Source of the DNA: a virus
Taxonomy: Duplodnaviria > Caudoviricetes
Length of the DNA: 64,000 nt
Direction: 5' to 3' (one strand)
Virus record (IMG/VR): IMGVR_UViG_3300026088_000014
Span: 1 to 64,000 of that record
A model generated the notes under the pieces. It was not told the DNA's origin. It saw only the letters and a list, made by a program, of their open reading frames with translations, and ran no database searches. Numbering within the stretch: position 1 is the stretch's first letter; every line of letters starts with the position of its first letter. This document shows positions 56,549-64,000 of this stretch, piece by piece. Made by a program: the position numbers and the translations under genes.

Positions 56549-57211
56549 ATGCTTGATAAAGTAAAACCGAGGGCCACGTCGGTCATTCCGACAACGAGAG
56601 TTACGATTACCCCTCCGAAACTAGGAAGAGCCAAGGTTAGAATCGTCGGCACCGCTCCATATATTCAAAATCGTTTTAGTTCTGACAACCGCGACAAGAT
56701 GCTTGCGGCTCAAAAGGAGGGATCGGGAGCAAAAAGAACTCGCAAGGCAAAGGCCCCCAAAGACTTCGAGAAGATTTTTAAGGCTTCAATGCACATTTCC
56801 CAAAAAGGCTGGATTGGTATTCCGGCCACTGCATTGCGGAACGCAATGATCGATGCTTGTCGGCTGACCGAAATGGACATGGTGCGGGCAAAGATGTGCA
56901 TCAAAATCATTCCTCAAGGATTGGATACCGAAAACCTAGAGGGACTTGTTGAAATCAAAGGCACGCCAAGAATGCACATTGAGCGTGTAAAAGTTGGCAT
57001 CGCGTCAACAGATTTAGCGTCGCGAGCGATGTTCGAGAAGTGGGAATCGACGTTCGAGATCGAGTGGGACGATGATGTGTTCAAGGCTCAGGATATCGTT
57101 AACCTTCTTGCCAGAGCCGGATGGCAAGTTGGCATAGGCGCTGGTCGCCCCCTCTCAAAGATGAGCGGCGGCACTGGTAAAGGCACATTTGAAGTCGATA
57201 TGAAAGGATAA
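56549..57211 (+). CDS. RAMP/Cas7-like protein (Vipr-like)
   Basis: 220 aa; RIVGTAPY first strand, GIPATALRNAM (cf. RAMP IPGSSLKG.L), C-terminal Gly-rich loop VGIGAGRP...GGTGKGTFEV. Confidence 0.7.
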   Translation: MLDKVKPRATSVIPTTRVTITPPKLGRAKVRIVGTAPYIQNRFSSDNRDKMLAAQKEGSGAKRTRKAKAPKDFEKIFKASMHISQKGWIGIPATALRNAMIDACRLTEMDMVRAKMCIKIIPQGLDTENLEGLVEIKGTPRMHIERVKVGIASTDLASRAMFEKWESTFEIEWDDDVFKAQDIVNLLARAGWQVGIGAGRPLSKMSGGTGKGTFEVDMKG

Positions 57212-57216
57212 GACAA

Positions 57217-57672
57217 ATGAGCATTCAAGACGAACTCCTTCTCATCAAAGGCGACAGCGAACTCCTTACCGGAGAAGAGGTTGTAAAGTGGGCACGCGCT
57301 CATCCAGACTCAGAACTCTATAACGACCCCATCTTCTGTGGCTGGGATGAAAAGAAATCGGCCTATGAACACTGGCTATGGGGCGCAAGACGTTTGATTG
57401 CGCTGCATGTCGTCTACGAGGATGGTGAGCGAAAATTTGTCTCACTGTCTGTTGACAGGGCCAGAGATGGCGGCGGCTACCGGGATATGGACGAGGTGCT
57501 CCGCAGCAAGGCCCTGCATGAAGTCATGTTGGCCGATGCGTTGCGCGAACTTGAGAGGATGGAAGCAAAGTACAATAGACTTCTACAGCTCAAGCCAGTT
57601 TGGCGGGCAGCCGCCAGAGTACGTGGAGCGCAACGGAAGGGGAAAGGAGGGGGTGCAGGAAAGGCAGCTTAG
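57217..57672 (+). CDS. Partner protein of the RAMP-like gene
   Basis: 151 aa; LLTGEEVVKWAR.HP.S.L...W......A.....ARRLI; sits between the RAMP-like gene and the array. Confidence 0.7.
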   Translation: MSIQDELLLIKGDSELLTGEEVVKWARAHPDSELYNDPIFCGWDEKKSAYEHWLWGARRLIALHVVYEDGERKFVSLSVDRARDGGGYRDMDEVLRSKALHEVMLADALRELERMEAKYNRLLQLKPVWRAAARVRGAQRKGKGGGAGKAA

Positions 57673-57911
57673 CAGGCCCAGCTCAGCACAGCTTAGCCGA
57701 GTCAAGCCCGGCACAACCCAGCGCAGCATAGCAAAGCAGGCCAAGCGGTGCAGAGCGAAGTGTAGCTTGGAGAAGCCGAGTGTGGCATGGCAAAGCAGGC
57801 GCGGCCCAGCGAAGCTTAGCTTAGTCAAGACCGGCCCAGTATTGCCCAGCAAAGCAGGCAAAGCAAAGCCAAGTGTAGCGGGGCGAAGCATAGAAAAGTG
57901 AAGCACAGCGA
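57667..57911 (+). ncRNA. RGY-NN pentamer array, four units of 11-12 pentamers separated by GCAAAGCAGGC; candidate guide RNA array
   Basis: 45 pentamers parsed: AGC 22, GGC 10, AGT 7, other 6; delimiter at 57731, 57790 and 57849, with a variant at 57667. Confidence 0.8.
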
Positions 57912-57923
57912 GAAATAAAGACA

Positions 57924-58655
57924 ATGAGTGAAGTTGGTCATAACCTTCCGCCAAGCATGACAACTACAGCCGGAGAGATCATGCGCGATCTCTCTGGCTG
58001 GCTTTCTGAGCATCCTGTCATTCAGGATGAAACCGAAGCTAAAGAAGCAAAGATTTTTATTGATAGAGCAAGATTGGGATTAAAGGATTTAGAGGATGAA
58101 CGGGTAAATCTAGTTAAACCGCTTAATCAGCAATTGGAGCAAATCAATGAGCATTACCGACAACCACGAGACACTCTCAGAAAAGTCCTCGATGAGCTCG
58201 AACGTCGAGTTACCGGATTTCTCACAGCTGAAGAGGCGAGACATAGACAGGATATTGCAGAAGCTAAGCGAGTTGCGGAGGCTGCTGAAGTCGCTGCGCG
58301 GGAAGCTGAGCGGCAAGAGTTGGCTGTCTTTGAACAAGCTAAGGCTGGAGAGCTTGGACTTGACGTTGCAGCTGTTACACTGGAAGCGAATGCAAAGTTT
58401 GAAACGTGGAAAAAAGCCAAGCGCGCGGAAATCCGCGAGGAAAGGGAAAAGGTAACACTTCCCAAAGGACTCACCCGCCCCAAGCGGATGCGAGATTATG
58501 AGACGCTTGTTGTCACAGACGTTGTTGCGGCAGTGCAGGTGATGAAGGATAGTGACCGCATCATCGAGGCCGTGCGAAAATCCGCACGGTCATACCAGAA
58601 AGTCTACGGTCATTATCCGCCGGGAATTGAAGTCAAGATAGAGCGGAAGTTATAA
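57924..58655 (+). CDS. Coiled-coil phage protein (Gam/Gp157-like)
   Basis: 243 aa; GHNLPP, EDER..LVKP. Confidence 0.6.
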   Translation: MSEVGHNLPPSMTTTAGEIMRDLSGWLSEHPVIQDETEAKEAKIFIDRARLGLKDLEDERVNLVKPLNQQLEQINEHYRQPRDTLRKVLDELERRVTGFLTAEEARHRQDIAEAKRVAEAAEVAAREAERQELAVFEQAKAGELGLDVAAVTLEANAKFETWKKAKRAEIREEREKVTLPKGLTRPKRMRDYETLVVTDVVAAVQVMKDSDRIIEAVRKSARSYQKVYGHYPPGIEVKIERKL

Positions 58656-58746
58656 TCGTTAACCGCGAGTAAATGTCGATGCAGGACATCATAATTTGGG
58701 CAGTATCAATGATTGCTGTGATTGCTCTTATAGGGGCGCTAGGTCC

Positions 58747-58893
58747 ATGAGAGACGAGTTGCTCGCCATTGCGATTTGCGTCTGCTGCTTCGCCATCATA
58801 CTCACGGCTTGCAGCAGCAATCCGGTGGACGATCCAAATATCGTTGACTGCGGCAACGGATACTATGCACGAACAAAGGCACAATGCCGATGA
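58747..58893 (+). CDS. Small lipoprotein
   Basis: AIILTAC lipobox. Confidence 0.5.
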   Translation: MRDELLAIAICVCCFAIILTACSSNPVDDPNIVDCGNGYYARTKAQCR

Positions 58894-59144
58894 CAATAGA
58901 CCAGATTATCAGAGCGGCCCTCCCGGGAGCCGACGATGCCACCGTTGAGCATGTTCTGTGGGGGCGAACCCATTTTCCTTTCGGTCCCATGACGCCGCAA
59001 TATTTATTCAAAAAGGCTGACGGGTTTAGGAGAGCCGAGAAAAACGGCCGCCGTCTCTGTGACTTTTGCCACCGGCTGGCGGTTGACGGATGGAATTGTC
59101 GGCAATGCAAAGATGCCCTGAGGGCGGTGATAACCACGGGTTAA
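58884..59144 (+). CDS. Small Cys-containing protein
   Basis: CDFC...CRQC. Confidence 0.55.
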   Translation: MPMTIDQIIRAALPGADDATVEHVLWGRTHFPFGPMTPQYLFKKADGFRRAEKNGRRLCDFCHRLAVDGWNCRQCKDALRAVITTG

Positions 59145-59151
59145 GAACGCG

Positions 59152-59415
59152 ATGGTCGATCAAGTAGCGAGGGCATTATGCGAGGCCGCTGGTCGTTCAA
59201 TATATCACGATCCAGATACGCAGCTTTTGGCTTGCTCTTGTTGCGACAAACTGCCGAACGGTACAAGGCGTTGCATCTATTGGGAGACGTTTAGGGGCGA
59301 AGCACGGGCGGCGAATGCCGTTAAAGACAAAACGCTGAGAGAAATCGCGTATCACTCTATCTTGCGTCACCTTTATGAGCTTCCGCGTAAACGTCGCCCT
59401 AAAAGGACTAGATAA
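59152..59415 (+). CDS. Small protein, first of the micro-ORF array
   Basis: Ends in the GGACTAGATAATG junction. Confidence 0.55.
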   Translation: MVDQVARALCEAAGRSIYHDPDTQLLACSCCDKLPNGTRRCIYWETFRGEARAANAVKDKTLREIAYHSILRHLYELPRKRRPKRTR

Positions 59416-59585
59416 TGCCGCGAGCAAAGAACGCAGACGTATTCGACGTGTGGGGCAAGCCGCCCCCGTTGCTTCGCACTCTGACGGAAAGGCAAGAGCG
59501 GGCACTGAGGCGATACGTCGATAAAGTGGTCCGCATCGCATACGATTGCGGAGTCGCGGCAGTAACGCCCGAGAAGAAGGACTAG
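59415..59585 (+). CDS. Micro-ORF (56 aa, ends TPEKKD)
   Basis: Read manually between junction repeats. Confidence 0.6.
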   Translation: MPRAKNADVFDVWGKPPPLLRTLTERQERALRRYVDKVVRIAYDCGVAAVTPEKKD

Positions 59586-59588
59586 ATA

Positions 59589-59840
59589 ATGCCGCCAGTC
59601 CCACCGATGACACTGCGAGAAATGCTTGAGCACATCGAGTCCTGTCCAGATGGCTGCGGAGTATGTCGTGAACTGGCGCGTCGGGCTCTCTCTCTCTTGG
59701 ATGGCGACAAATACGAAACCGAGATTGAGCGGCTGCAAAAACTAATTAGTGACGTGGCGGTGCATGTCCGCCCCGGCGATTTGCCCCCTGCGCTTTTCTA
59801 CCGGCTGACTGCCCAAGCCATAACGCCCGAGAAGGACTAG
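59589..59840 (+). CDS. Micro-ORF (83 aa, ends TPEKD)
   Basis: Between junction repeats. Confidence 0.65.
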   Translation: MPPVPPMTLREMLEHIESCPDGCGVCRELARRALSLLDGDKYETEIERLQKLISDVAVHVRPGDLPPALFYRLTAQAITPEKD

Positions 59841-59923
59841 ATAATGCCGCTAACACAATCTGAGATGTTTTTCATGATTATTCTTCTTGCAATAGGCGCA
59901 TGGAATATTGCCGTGAGGCTTCC

Positions 59924-60145
59924 ATGACTGAACTAATGCCGGAACCAACACCAGAACAAATCGATGCGGCGGCTCGGGCAATCTTTGAGCACATGACCGA
60001 CATCAACGGAGACGAGAAAGCCGCTGCGGCGCTAACGCCCGAGAAGAAGCTACAAACAACTCAGGAACCGACACAAGAGCAGATCGAGGCGGCGGCTCGG
60101 GCGCTGAAAGCATTGGCGGCGCTAACGCCCGAGAAGAAGGACTAG
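59924..60145 (+). CDS. Micro-ORF with two EQI.AAARA...AALTPEKK modules
   Basis: Internal duplication visible at the DNA level. Confidence 0.6.
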   Translation: MTELMPEPTPEQIDAAARAIFEHMTDINGDEKAAAALTPEKKLQTTQEPTQEQIEAAARALKALAALTPEKKD

Positions 60146-60148
60146 ATA

Positions 60149-60238
60149 ATGATCGAAGTGCCAACATGGCTGTTTGTCTTGATGTGCGTTCTGCTGTTCG
60201 TAAATTCAGCAATCGTTCTGATGCGCTATAGGGACTAA
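60149..60238 (+). CDS. Micro-ORF, 29-aa hydrophobic peptide
   Basis: Read manually between junction repeats. Confidence 0.5.
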   Translation: MIEVPTWLFVLMCVLLFVNSAIVLMRYRD

Positions 60239-60241
60239 ATA

Positions 60242-60355
60242 ATGCCGGGGCGAATTTGGTGTTTCCTATTTCACTGGCGCGGAAGAACCTATGCCGATGG
60301 ATGGATTTGTCGTCGGTGCGGTCGAATGTGGCTTAGGCCAGAGAGGACTAGATAA
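60242..60355 (+). CDS. Micro-ORF, 37 aa with C..H...CxxC
   Basis: Read manually between junction repeats. Confidence 0.5.
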   Translation: MPGRIWCFLFHWRGRTYADGWICRRCGRMWLRPERTR

Positions 60356-60738
60356 TGCCGGAACCAACACGAGAGCAGATCAGGGCGGCGGCCAAGGCTA
60401 TGGCGGCGCGGCGCGGCATTGAGTTGGACAAGATACCGCTTGCATGCCTCGTTGACTGGCTTGAATCGGCGGAGGACGCCCTCACCGCCGCTGCGGCAGT
60501 ATCGCCCGAGACAACGCAAGAGCAGATAGAGGCGGCGGCTAGAGCAATATGGCAAACACTCTTTCCGCACCTTCCTTATCAAACCGGATGTAGCGCCGCC
60601 GCCCAAGCCGCACTCAAGGCCGCTGCGGCGCTAACGCCCGAGAAGGACACCGCCCCCGGTCACACTGATCTGATGGTGTCGCCCGAGAGCATAGAAGAAT
60701 ATTTCGCGGCGTTGCCGCCCGAGCAGGAACGCAAATGA
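60355..60738 (+). CDS. Micro-ORF with EQI.AAA modules
   Basis: 127 aa. Confidence 0.6.
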   Translation: MPEPTREQIRAAAKAMAARRGIELDKIPLACLVDWLESAEDALTAAAAVSPETTQEQIEAAARAIWQTLFPHLPYQTGCSAAAQAALKAAAALTPEKDTAPGHTDLMVSPESIEEYFAALPPEQERK

Positions 60739-60992
60739 CGAAGAAACCTGAAAAACATTTTCTTATGTACGGGCGCCTCATTGGCGAGAATGACGCTTGG
60801 GTTAGTTGCGCCTGTGGTTGGGAGGAATCGGCTTCAGTCAGAGACATAAAAATGGTTGGAGAACTTCACCTAAATCAAGCGGCGTTTGCACCCGAGAAAC
60901 GCCGGGACGAAATAGGGTACGTGCCAAAAGACGATCCGAGGCTAAACACAATAATTGGACCGCGTTCGCTCGATAAACGCCGGGAGGAATGA
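60735..60992 (+). CDS. Small hypothetical protein
   Basis: 85 aa; ATGA overlap. Confidence 0.5.
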   Translation: MTKKPEKHFLMYGRLIGENDAWVSCACGWEESASVRDIKMVGELHLNQAAFAPEKRRDEIGYVPKDDPRLNTIIGPRSLDKRREE

Positions 60993-61188
60993 GATGGAAT
61001 GGTTGCTAATTCTCTGGCCAATCATCGGATGGGTAAGCGGCTATTGCTCAACTCCAAAATGGATGTTTCAAGCCGACCCAAATGGATATCTTGTCTTGTT
61101 CTTCTGCGGGGGAGTTGCCGGACCATTTGGGCTGCTTTGGTTTCTGCCCGACGATAATGATTGAACACACGCCCGATAAACGCCGGGA

Positions 61189-61386
61189 ATGACGGAGTGC
61201 GAGCAACAACATGACTGGCGAAAAACCGGAGAAGTACGAAAGTACATCAATGATGATGGGCGACTTTTCCGGCATGGCAACAAGCCGGTGGCAATTCTTA
61301 GATGCGCCAGATGCAGCCAATCGGGGTTTCGTCACTTGGATGGTGTCGTGGTTTACACCTGGGCGAAACTTAAACAACGGCGTTAA
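61189..61386 (+). CDS. Small Cys-containing protein
   Basis: C...H.W...CARC. Confidence 0.5.
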   Translation: MTECEQQHDWRKTGEVRKYINDDGRLFRHGNKPVAILRCARCSQSGFRHLDGVVVYTWAKLKQRR

Positions 61387-61414
61387 TGATTGATTAACAC
61401 TGAAAGGAAGAAAC

Positions 61415-61894
61415 ATGCCAGTCGCTACAGTTACAGTTGCCGGTAAGGCAGCCCCGGAGTTGGGAAAGAAGCGCGGGAGAATCAAAGGTATTGATGGAAT
61501 GCTTTTCCAAGCTGATCCCTCCCTTCTCGACGCAATCTCGGTAGGTGCTACATATCAGATCACCTACAAGGATGATGAGTTTAATGGAAATAAGTTTCGT
61601 GTCGTTGAAGGTGCGATGCCGGCAACTCCAGGAATGGCAATGCAGCCAGCAGCGCAAGCACCTCAAGCCGGCAGACCAATGTCGTCTCAGCAATCAATGC
61701 CAACGACCAAGGATGAGGACATCGCGACACTGGCGATCGCTAAAGAGCAGCTGAACAAGATCAATCCCGGCGATATAGAGATGGGATTTCACGTTCTCAA
61801 GTCCTCAGCAATGATGTGGCGCAAGTTCAAAAGCTGGCAGAAGCTAGGACCGCAGACGGTCAAAGAGGATATGGAAGATGACATCCCTTACTAA
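61415..61894 (+). CDS. Putative ssDNA-binding protein
   Basis: N-terminal beta-rich domain, Q/P linker and acidic C-terminal tip EDMEDDIPY. Confidence 0.55.
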   Translation: MPVATVTVAGKAAPELGKKRGRIKGIDGMLFQADPSLLDAISVGATYQITYKDDEFNGNKFRVVEGAMPATPGMAMQPAAQAPQAGRPMSSQQSMPTTKDEDIATLAIAKEQLNKINPGDIEMGFHVLKSSAMMWRKFKSWQKLGPQTVKEDMEDDIPY

Positions 61895-62204
61895 TGATCG
61901 CCCCCTCAGTGAGATCTACAAAGAGGCCGGAGATGATTGGGTTGAGAAGGATGCCATTGCCAGGTTAAGAGAAGAAACCAAGTCACTGCGCTTTGCCCAA
62001 CGCTGTCAAACCTTGGGTGACATTCCGGTTAACCGCGCTGAACAGACAATAAAAGGAAGCACGGATTGGTATGAAGAAGTTATTCAAGACGTTGGAGCGA
62101 GAACGGCAGCCAATAAAGCCAAAGTCTACATGGAATCAGTGAAGATGCGGCACAGCGAGCATATGAACGACGAGGCCAACCACCGAGCGGAGTCAAGATT
62201 ATGA
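61878..62204 (+). CDS. Conserved hypothetical phage protein
   Basis: 108 aa helical; SEIYKEAGDDWV...EETKS. Confidence 0.65.
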   Translation: MTSLTNDRPLSEIYKEAGDDWVEKDAIARLREETKSLRFAQRCQTLGDIPVNRAEQTIKGSTDWYEEVIQDVGARTAANKAKVYMESVKMRHSEHMNDEANHRAESRL

Positions 62205-62246
62205 CCAGACCCAAGCGGGTAGTGCCCGCAACCATGGAGTGGTCAT

Positions 62247-62516
62247 ATGAGAAATCGTGCGTTTCGACGCCATCAAGCCTATCGGCATATGTGGCGCAGG
62301 CTAAAGGAAGATAGAAACCAGCATTACAATGATTTGAGCTGCCCTTGTTGGACCGATGGAAAGGCAATGGCTCGTTTTAAGGAGCAGCCCACCGTTTGTT
62401 CTGGACCATGCTGTGGCAAGCCGCGGCGTTGGTACAAAGGCCAAGAGCGCTTTACCACGCAAGAGCGGAGGCTGAAAAATGTCCCGATCGGTCCCCGAAT
62501 GGATTGGAGCGAGTGA
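62247..62516 (+). CDS. Small Cys-containing protein
   Basis: CSGPCCGKPRRW motif. Confidence 0.55.
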   Translation: MRNRAFRRHQAYRHMWRRLKEDRNQHYNDLSCPCWTDGKAMARFKEQPTVCSGPCCGKPRRWYKGQERFTTQERRLKNVPIGPRMDWSE

Positions 62517-62847
62517 TGACACACCGATACCTCCTAGAGTGCGGTTACGGATTTTTGACCGATATAAAGGAAGGTGCAATCATTGTGGCCTGTCTATTTG
62601 TGGCCGTCTACTTCCTGCTTTCGATCACATCGTCTCTCTCATTAACGGAGGACAGAACCGCGAACAAAACATCCAGCTGTTATGCTCCGCGTGTCATCGA
62701 CCCAAAACAGCCGCCGATGTTCATACCAAATCTGTCACCTACACCAAGAGAGCAAGGCGTCTGAAGCTGAAGAATAGAAAGCCGATGCTTGGCAGCAAGG
62801 ATAGCGGCTGGAAGAAAACATTTAACCACGGATGGGTGAAACGATGA
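62479..62847 (+). CDS. HNH endonuclease
   Basis: CNHC...FDHIVSLINGG...NIQLLCSACH..KT. Confidence 0.9.
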   Translation: MSRSVPEWIGASDDTPIPPRVRLRIFDRYKGRCNHCGLSICGRLLPAFDHIVSLINGGQNREQNIQLLCSACHRPKTAADVHTKSVTYTKRARRLKLKNRKPMLGSKDSGWKKTFNHGWVKR

Positions 62848-62912
62848 ACCTACGCATTAGCATAATGGCGGTGCTCGTCATCGGCTTCATCTTGATTTTG
62901 GGGGTTTAAGCC

Positions 62913-63095
62913 ATGACACCGACCGTTTGGGTATTATTGCTGTGGGTGCAAGGCATGGCAAGACAGGAAATCACCGTGTCCAACATTTCAACAGAAGCCG
63001 AGTGCCATCGCCTTGCGGCTGAAATCCAGCGGTTGACAAGGGGCAGCGCACTTTATCACTGCATTTCCTACCAAACATTGAAGGATAAGCCATGA
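62913..63095 (+). CDS. Small hypothetical protein
   Basis: 60 aa; hydrophobic N-terminus and two Cys. Confidence 0.5.
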   Translation: MTPTVWVLLLWVQGMARQEITVSNISTEAECHRLAAEIQRLTRGSALYHCISYQTLKDKP

Positions 63096-63349
63096 CATTC
63101 CACAAACCGTACCACTTAAGACATCGGACCAATATACCATCTTATACCTCTCCGATTGCTACCGTGGCTATCGTGCTGGTGGTTGCTTGCGCTCTCATCG
63201 CGGCCTCGGCATTAGGCGCGGTGGTTGCGTTCGCGTTCAGGTGGTGATTTAGTTTGTTAACCGTAAAATCAAGAGGGAGGAAACAGCCACTATCCCCACC
63301 GCTCAACTGAGCGTGCAAGCCTTACCCAGCCCATTCCCAGGAGCAAGTA

Positions 63350-63862
63350 ATGCCGAACATTCTCCGTCTCGCGGCAGCCGTAGTGGCTGTCCTCCTCTTC
63401 ACAGACTCGTCTGCATCAGCACGACATCACCGACAGCAATATAACTACCAACAGCCCCAATCAGTTCAGCCAGATTACCAGCGGCGGCACCGTCGAAATT
63501 ATTACCAAGAACACTATTATACGAATAAGCATTACGCGCAGGTTGTCGGTCATCCCTCCGGCTGTCCGGGCCGTTCATTCTGCGGATGTGGTGTCAGCAA
63601 GATGGTATTTGGCCGCCCGGTGCGTGAGCTCTATCTGGCAAGAAACTGGTACAAATTCCCGCGCGCTCATGCGGCGGCTGGCATGGTCGCCGTGCGCAGG
63701 CATCATGTCATGTATATTCAAAGCGTGGACGCTAACGGCAACGCCACCGTCTACGATCCGAACAGCGGCGGGCATCAGACGCGCATTCATACGCGCAGCC
63801 TTGCCGGTTTCACTGTGGTCAATCCGCGCACAGTATTGTCGATGATGCCGACGAGTCTCTAG
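63350..63862 (+). CDS. Secreted CHAP/NlpC-P60-like protein (possible cell-wall hydrolase)
   Basis: Signal-peptide-like N-terminus; FCGC ... RHHV ... DPNSG Cys-His pattern. Confidence 0.5.
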   Translation: MPNILRLAAAVVAVLLFTDSSASARHHRQQYNYQQPQSVQPDYQRRHRRNYYQEHYYTNKHYAQVVGHPSGCPGRSFCGCGVSKMVFGRPVRELYLARNWYKFPRAHAAAGMVAVRRHHVMYIQSVDANGNATVYDPNSGGHQTRIHTRSLAGFTVVNPRTVLSMMPTSL

Positions 63863-64000
63863 CTTGCCGGATTTTTTTATCTTTTCTCGGGAGCCATGAT
63901 GTTGGGTAGGCTAAAACTAGAGAACGACTTTGTGCCGCCGCCCAACAGCGCCGCTGCTGCCAAGAGCAGAAGACAGATAATGGCGATGACGGTGATGATG

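Larger units (their letters stand above)
59405..60357 (+). repeat. Repeated gene-junction motif (ACGCCCGAGAAG[AA])GGACTAGATAATG
   Basis: Core at 59405, 59579, 59834, 60139, 60232 (variant) and 60345; upstream half also near 60033 and 60633. Confidence 0.9.

Noticed and set aside
57675-57793. Contiguous self-matches of concatenated dinucleotides: U1 CCTCACTTCG to the reverse strand of the early hairpin core, and U2 GGAGTTTGACGGT to GGAGTTTCACGGT at about 56403
   Set aside because: A 10/10 and a 12/13 match are each expected several times by chance across 128 kb of strands and about 50 query windows. My by-eye search found no convincing gapped (NNx) target in the window. A computational search is needed before any target is claimed.
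57667-57911. Calling the array a classical CRISPR array or a simple microsatellite
   Set aside because: There are no 25-40 bp repeats with unique spacers and no cas1/cas2. It is not a microsatellite either, because the dinucleotides vary at every unit and the phase resets at a fixed delimiter.
57398-57963. ORFs 57398-57901 (+) and 57583-57963 (-) spanning the pentamer array
   Set aside because: They are low-complexity by-products of the 5-nt periodicity, which rarely creates stops; they overlap real genes and lack an RBS.
63290-63345. Possible third tRNA-like element upstream of the CHAP-like gene
   Set aside because: No GTTC-RA T loop, cloverleaf or CCA-terminated acceptor stem could be built.
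1-64000. Diversity-generating retroelement, integrase/att site, IS element, DNA or RNA polymerase
   Set aside because: No reverse transcriptase, TR/VR pair, tyrosine or serine recombinase, transposase or polymerase motif was recognised in the ORF track; they could lie outside the window.

Overview
This 64 kb window is most of a tailed dsDNA phage genome. The P22/T7-like portal, adaptor, nozzle and ejection-protein layout and the absence of a tape-measure or sheath gene point to a podovirus-type virion. A GcrA homolog, a DUF1376-type replication initiator and the high GC content point to an alphaproteobacterial host. Layout: (i) 1-32.6 kb is a minus-strand late operon (terL, portal, GroES, scaffold, capsid, many Ser/Thr-rich decoration or fibre genes, a Maf/sialyltransferase-like gene, a Trp-repeat protein, LamG proteins, adaptor/nozzle, and a polyvalent ejection-type protein). 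(ii) 32.6-41.2 kb is a plus-strand pseudaminic/nonulosonic-acid biosynthesis cluster lying antisense within the late region. (iii) 41.3-43.3 kb holds small minus-strand genes, followed by an AT-rich divergent intergenic region. (iv) 43.7-53.6 kb is a plus-strand early region with repeated long hairpins, two ArdC-like genes, two tRNA genes and an antisense terS. (v) 53.5-56.4 kb is a minus-strand replication/Cro module. (vi) 56.5-64 kb is a plus-strand operon that opens with a RAMP/Cas7-like gene, a partner gene and a 240-bp non-coding array of 45 RGY-NN pentamers in four delimited units, a candidate RNA-guided (VIPR-like) system and the top finding. Other main findings: probable virion glycosylation with a pseudaminic-acid derivative, a pseudoknot-associated -1 frameshift in a head-module gene, a LamG gene split by an antisense two-gene cassette, and a repeat-bounded micro-ORF array. 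All protein family calls are by-eye motif recognition; no database searches were run.
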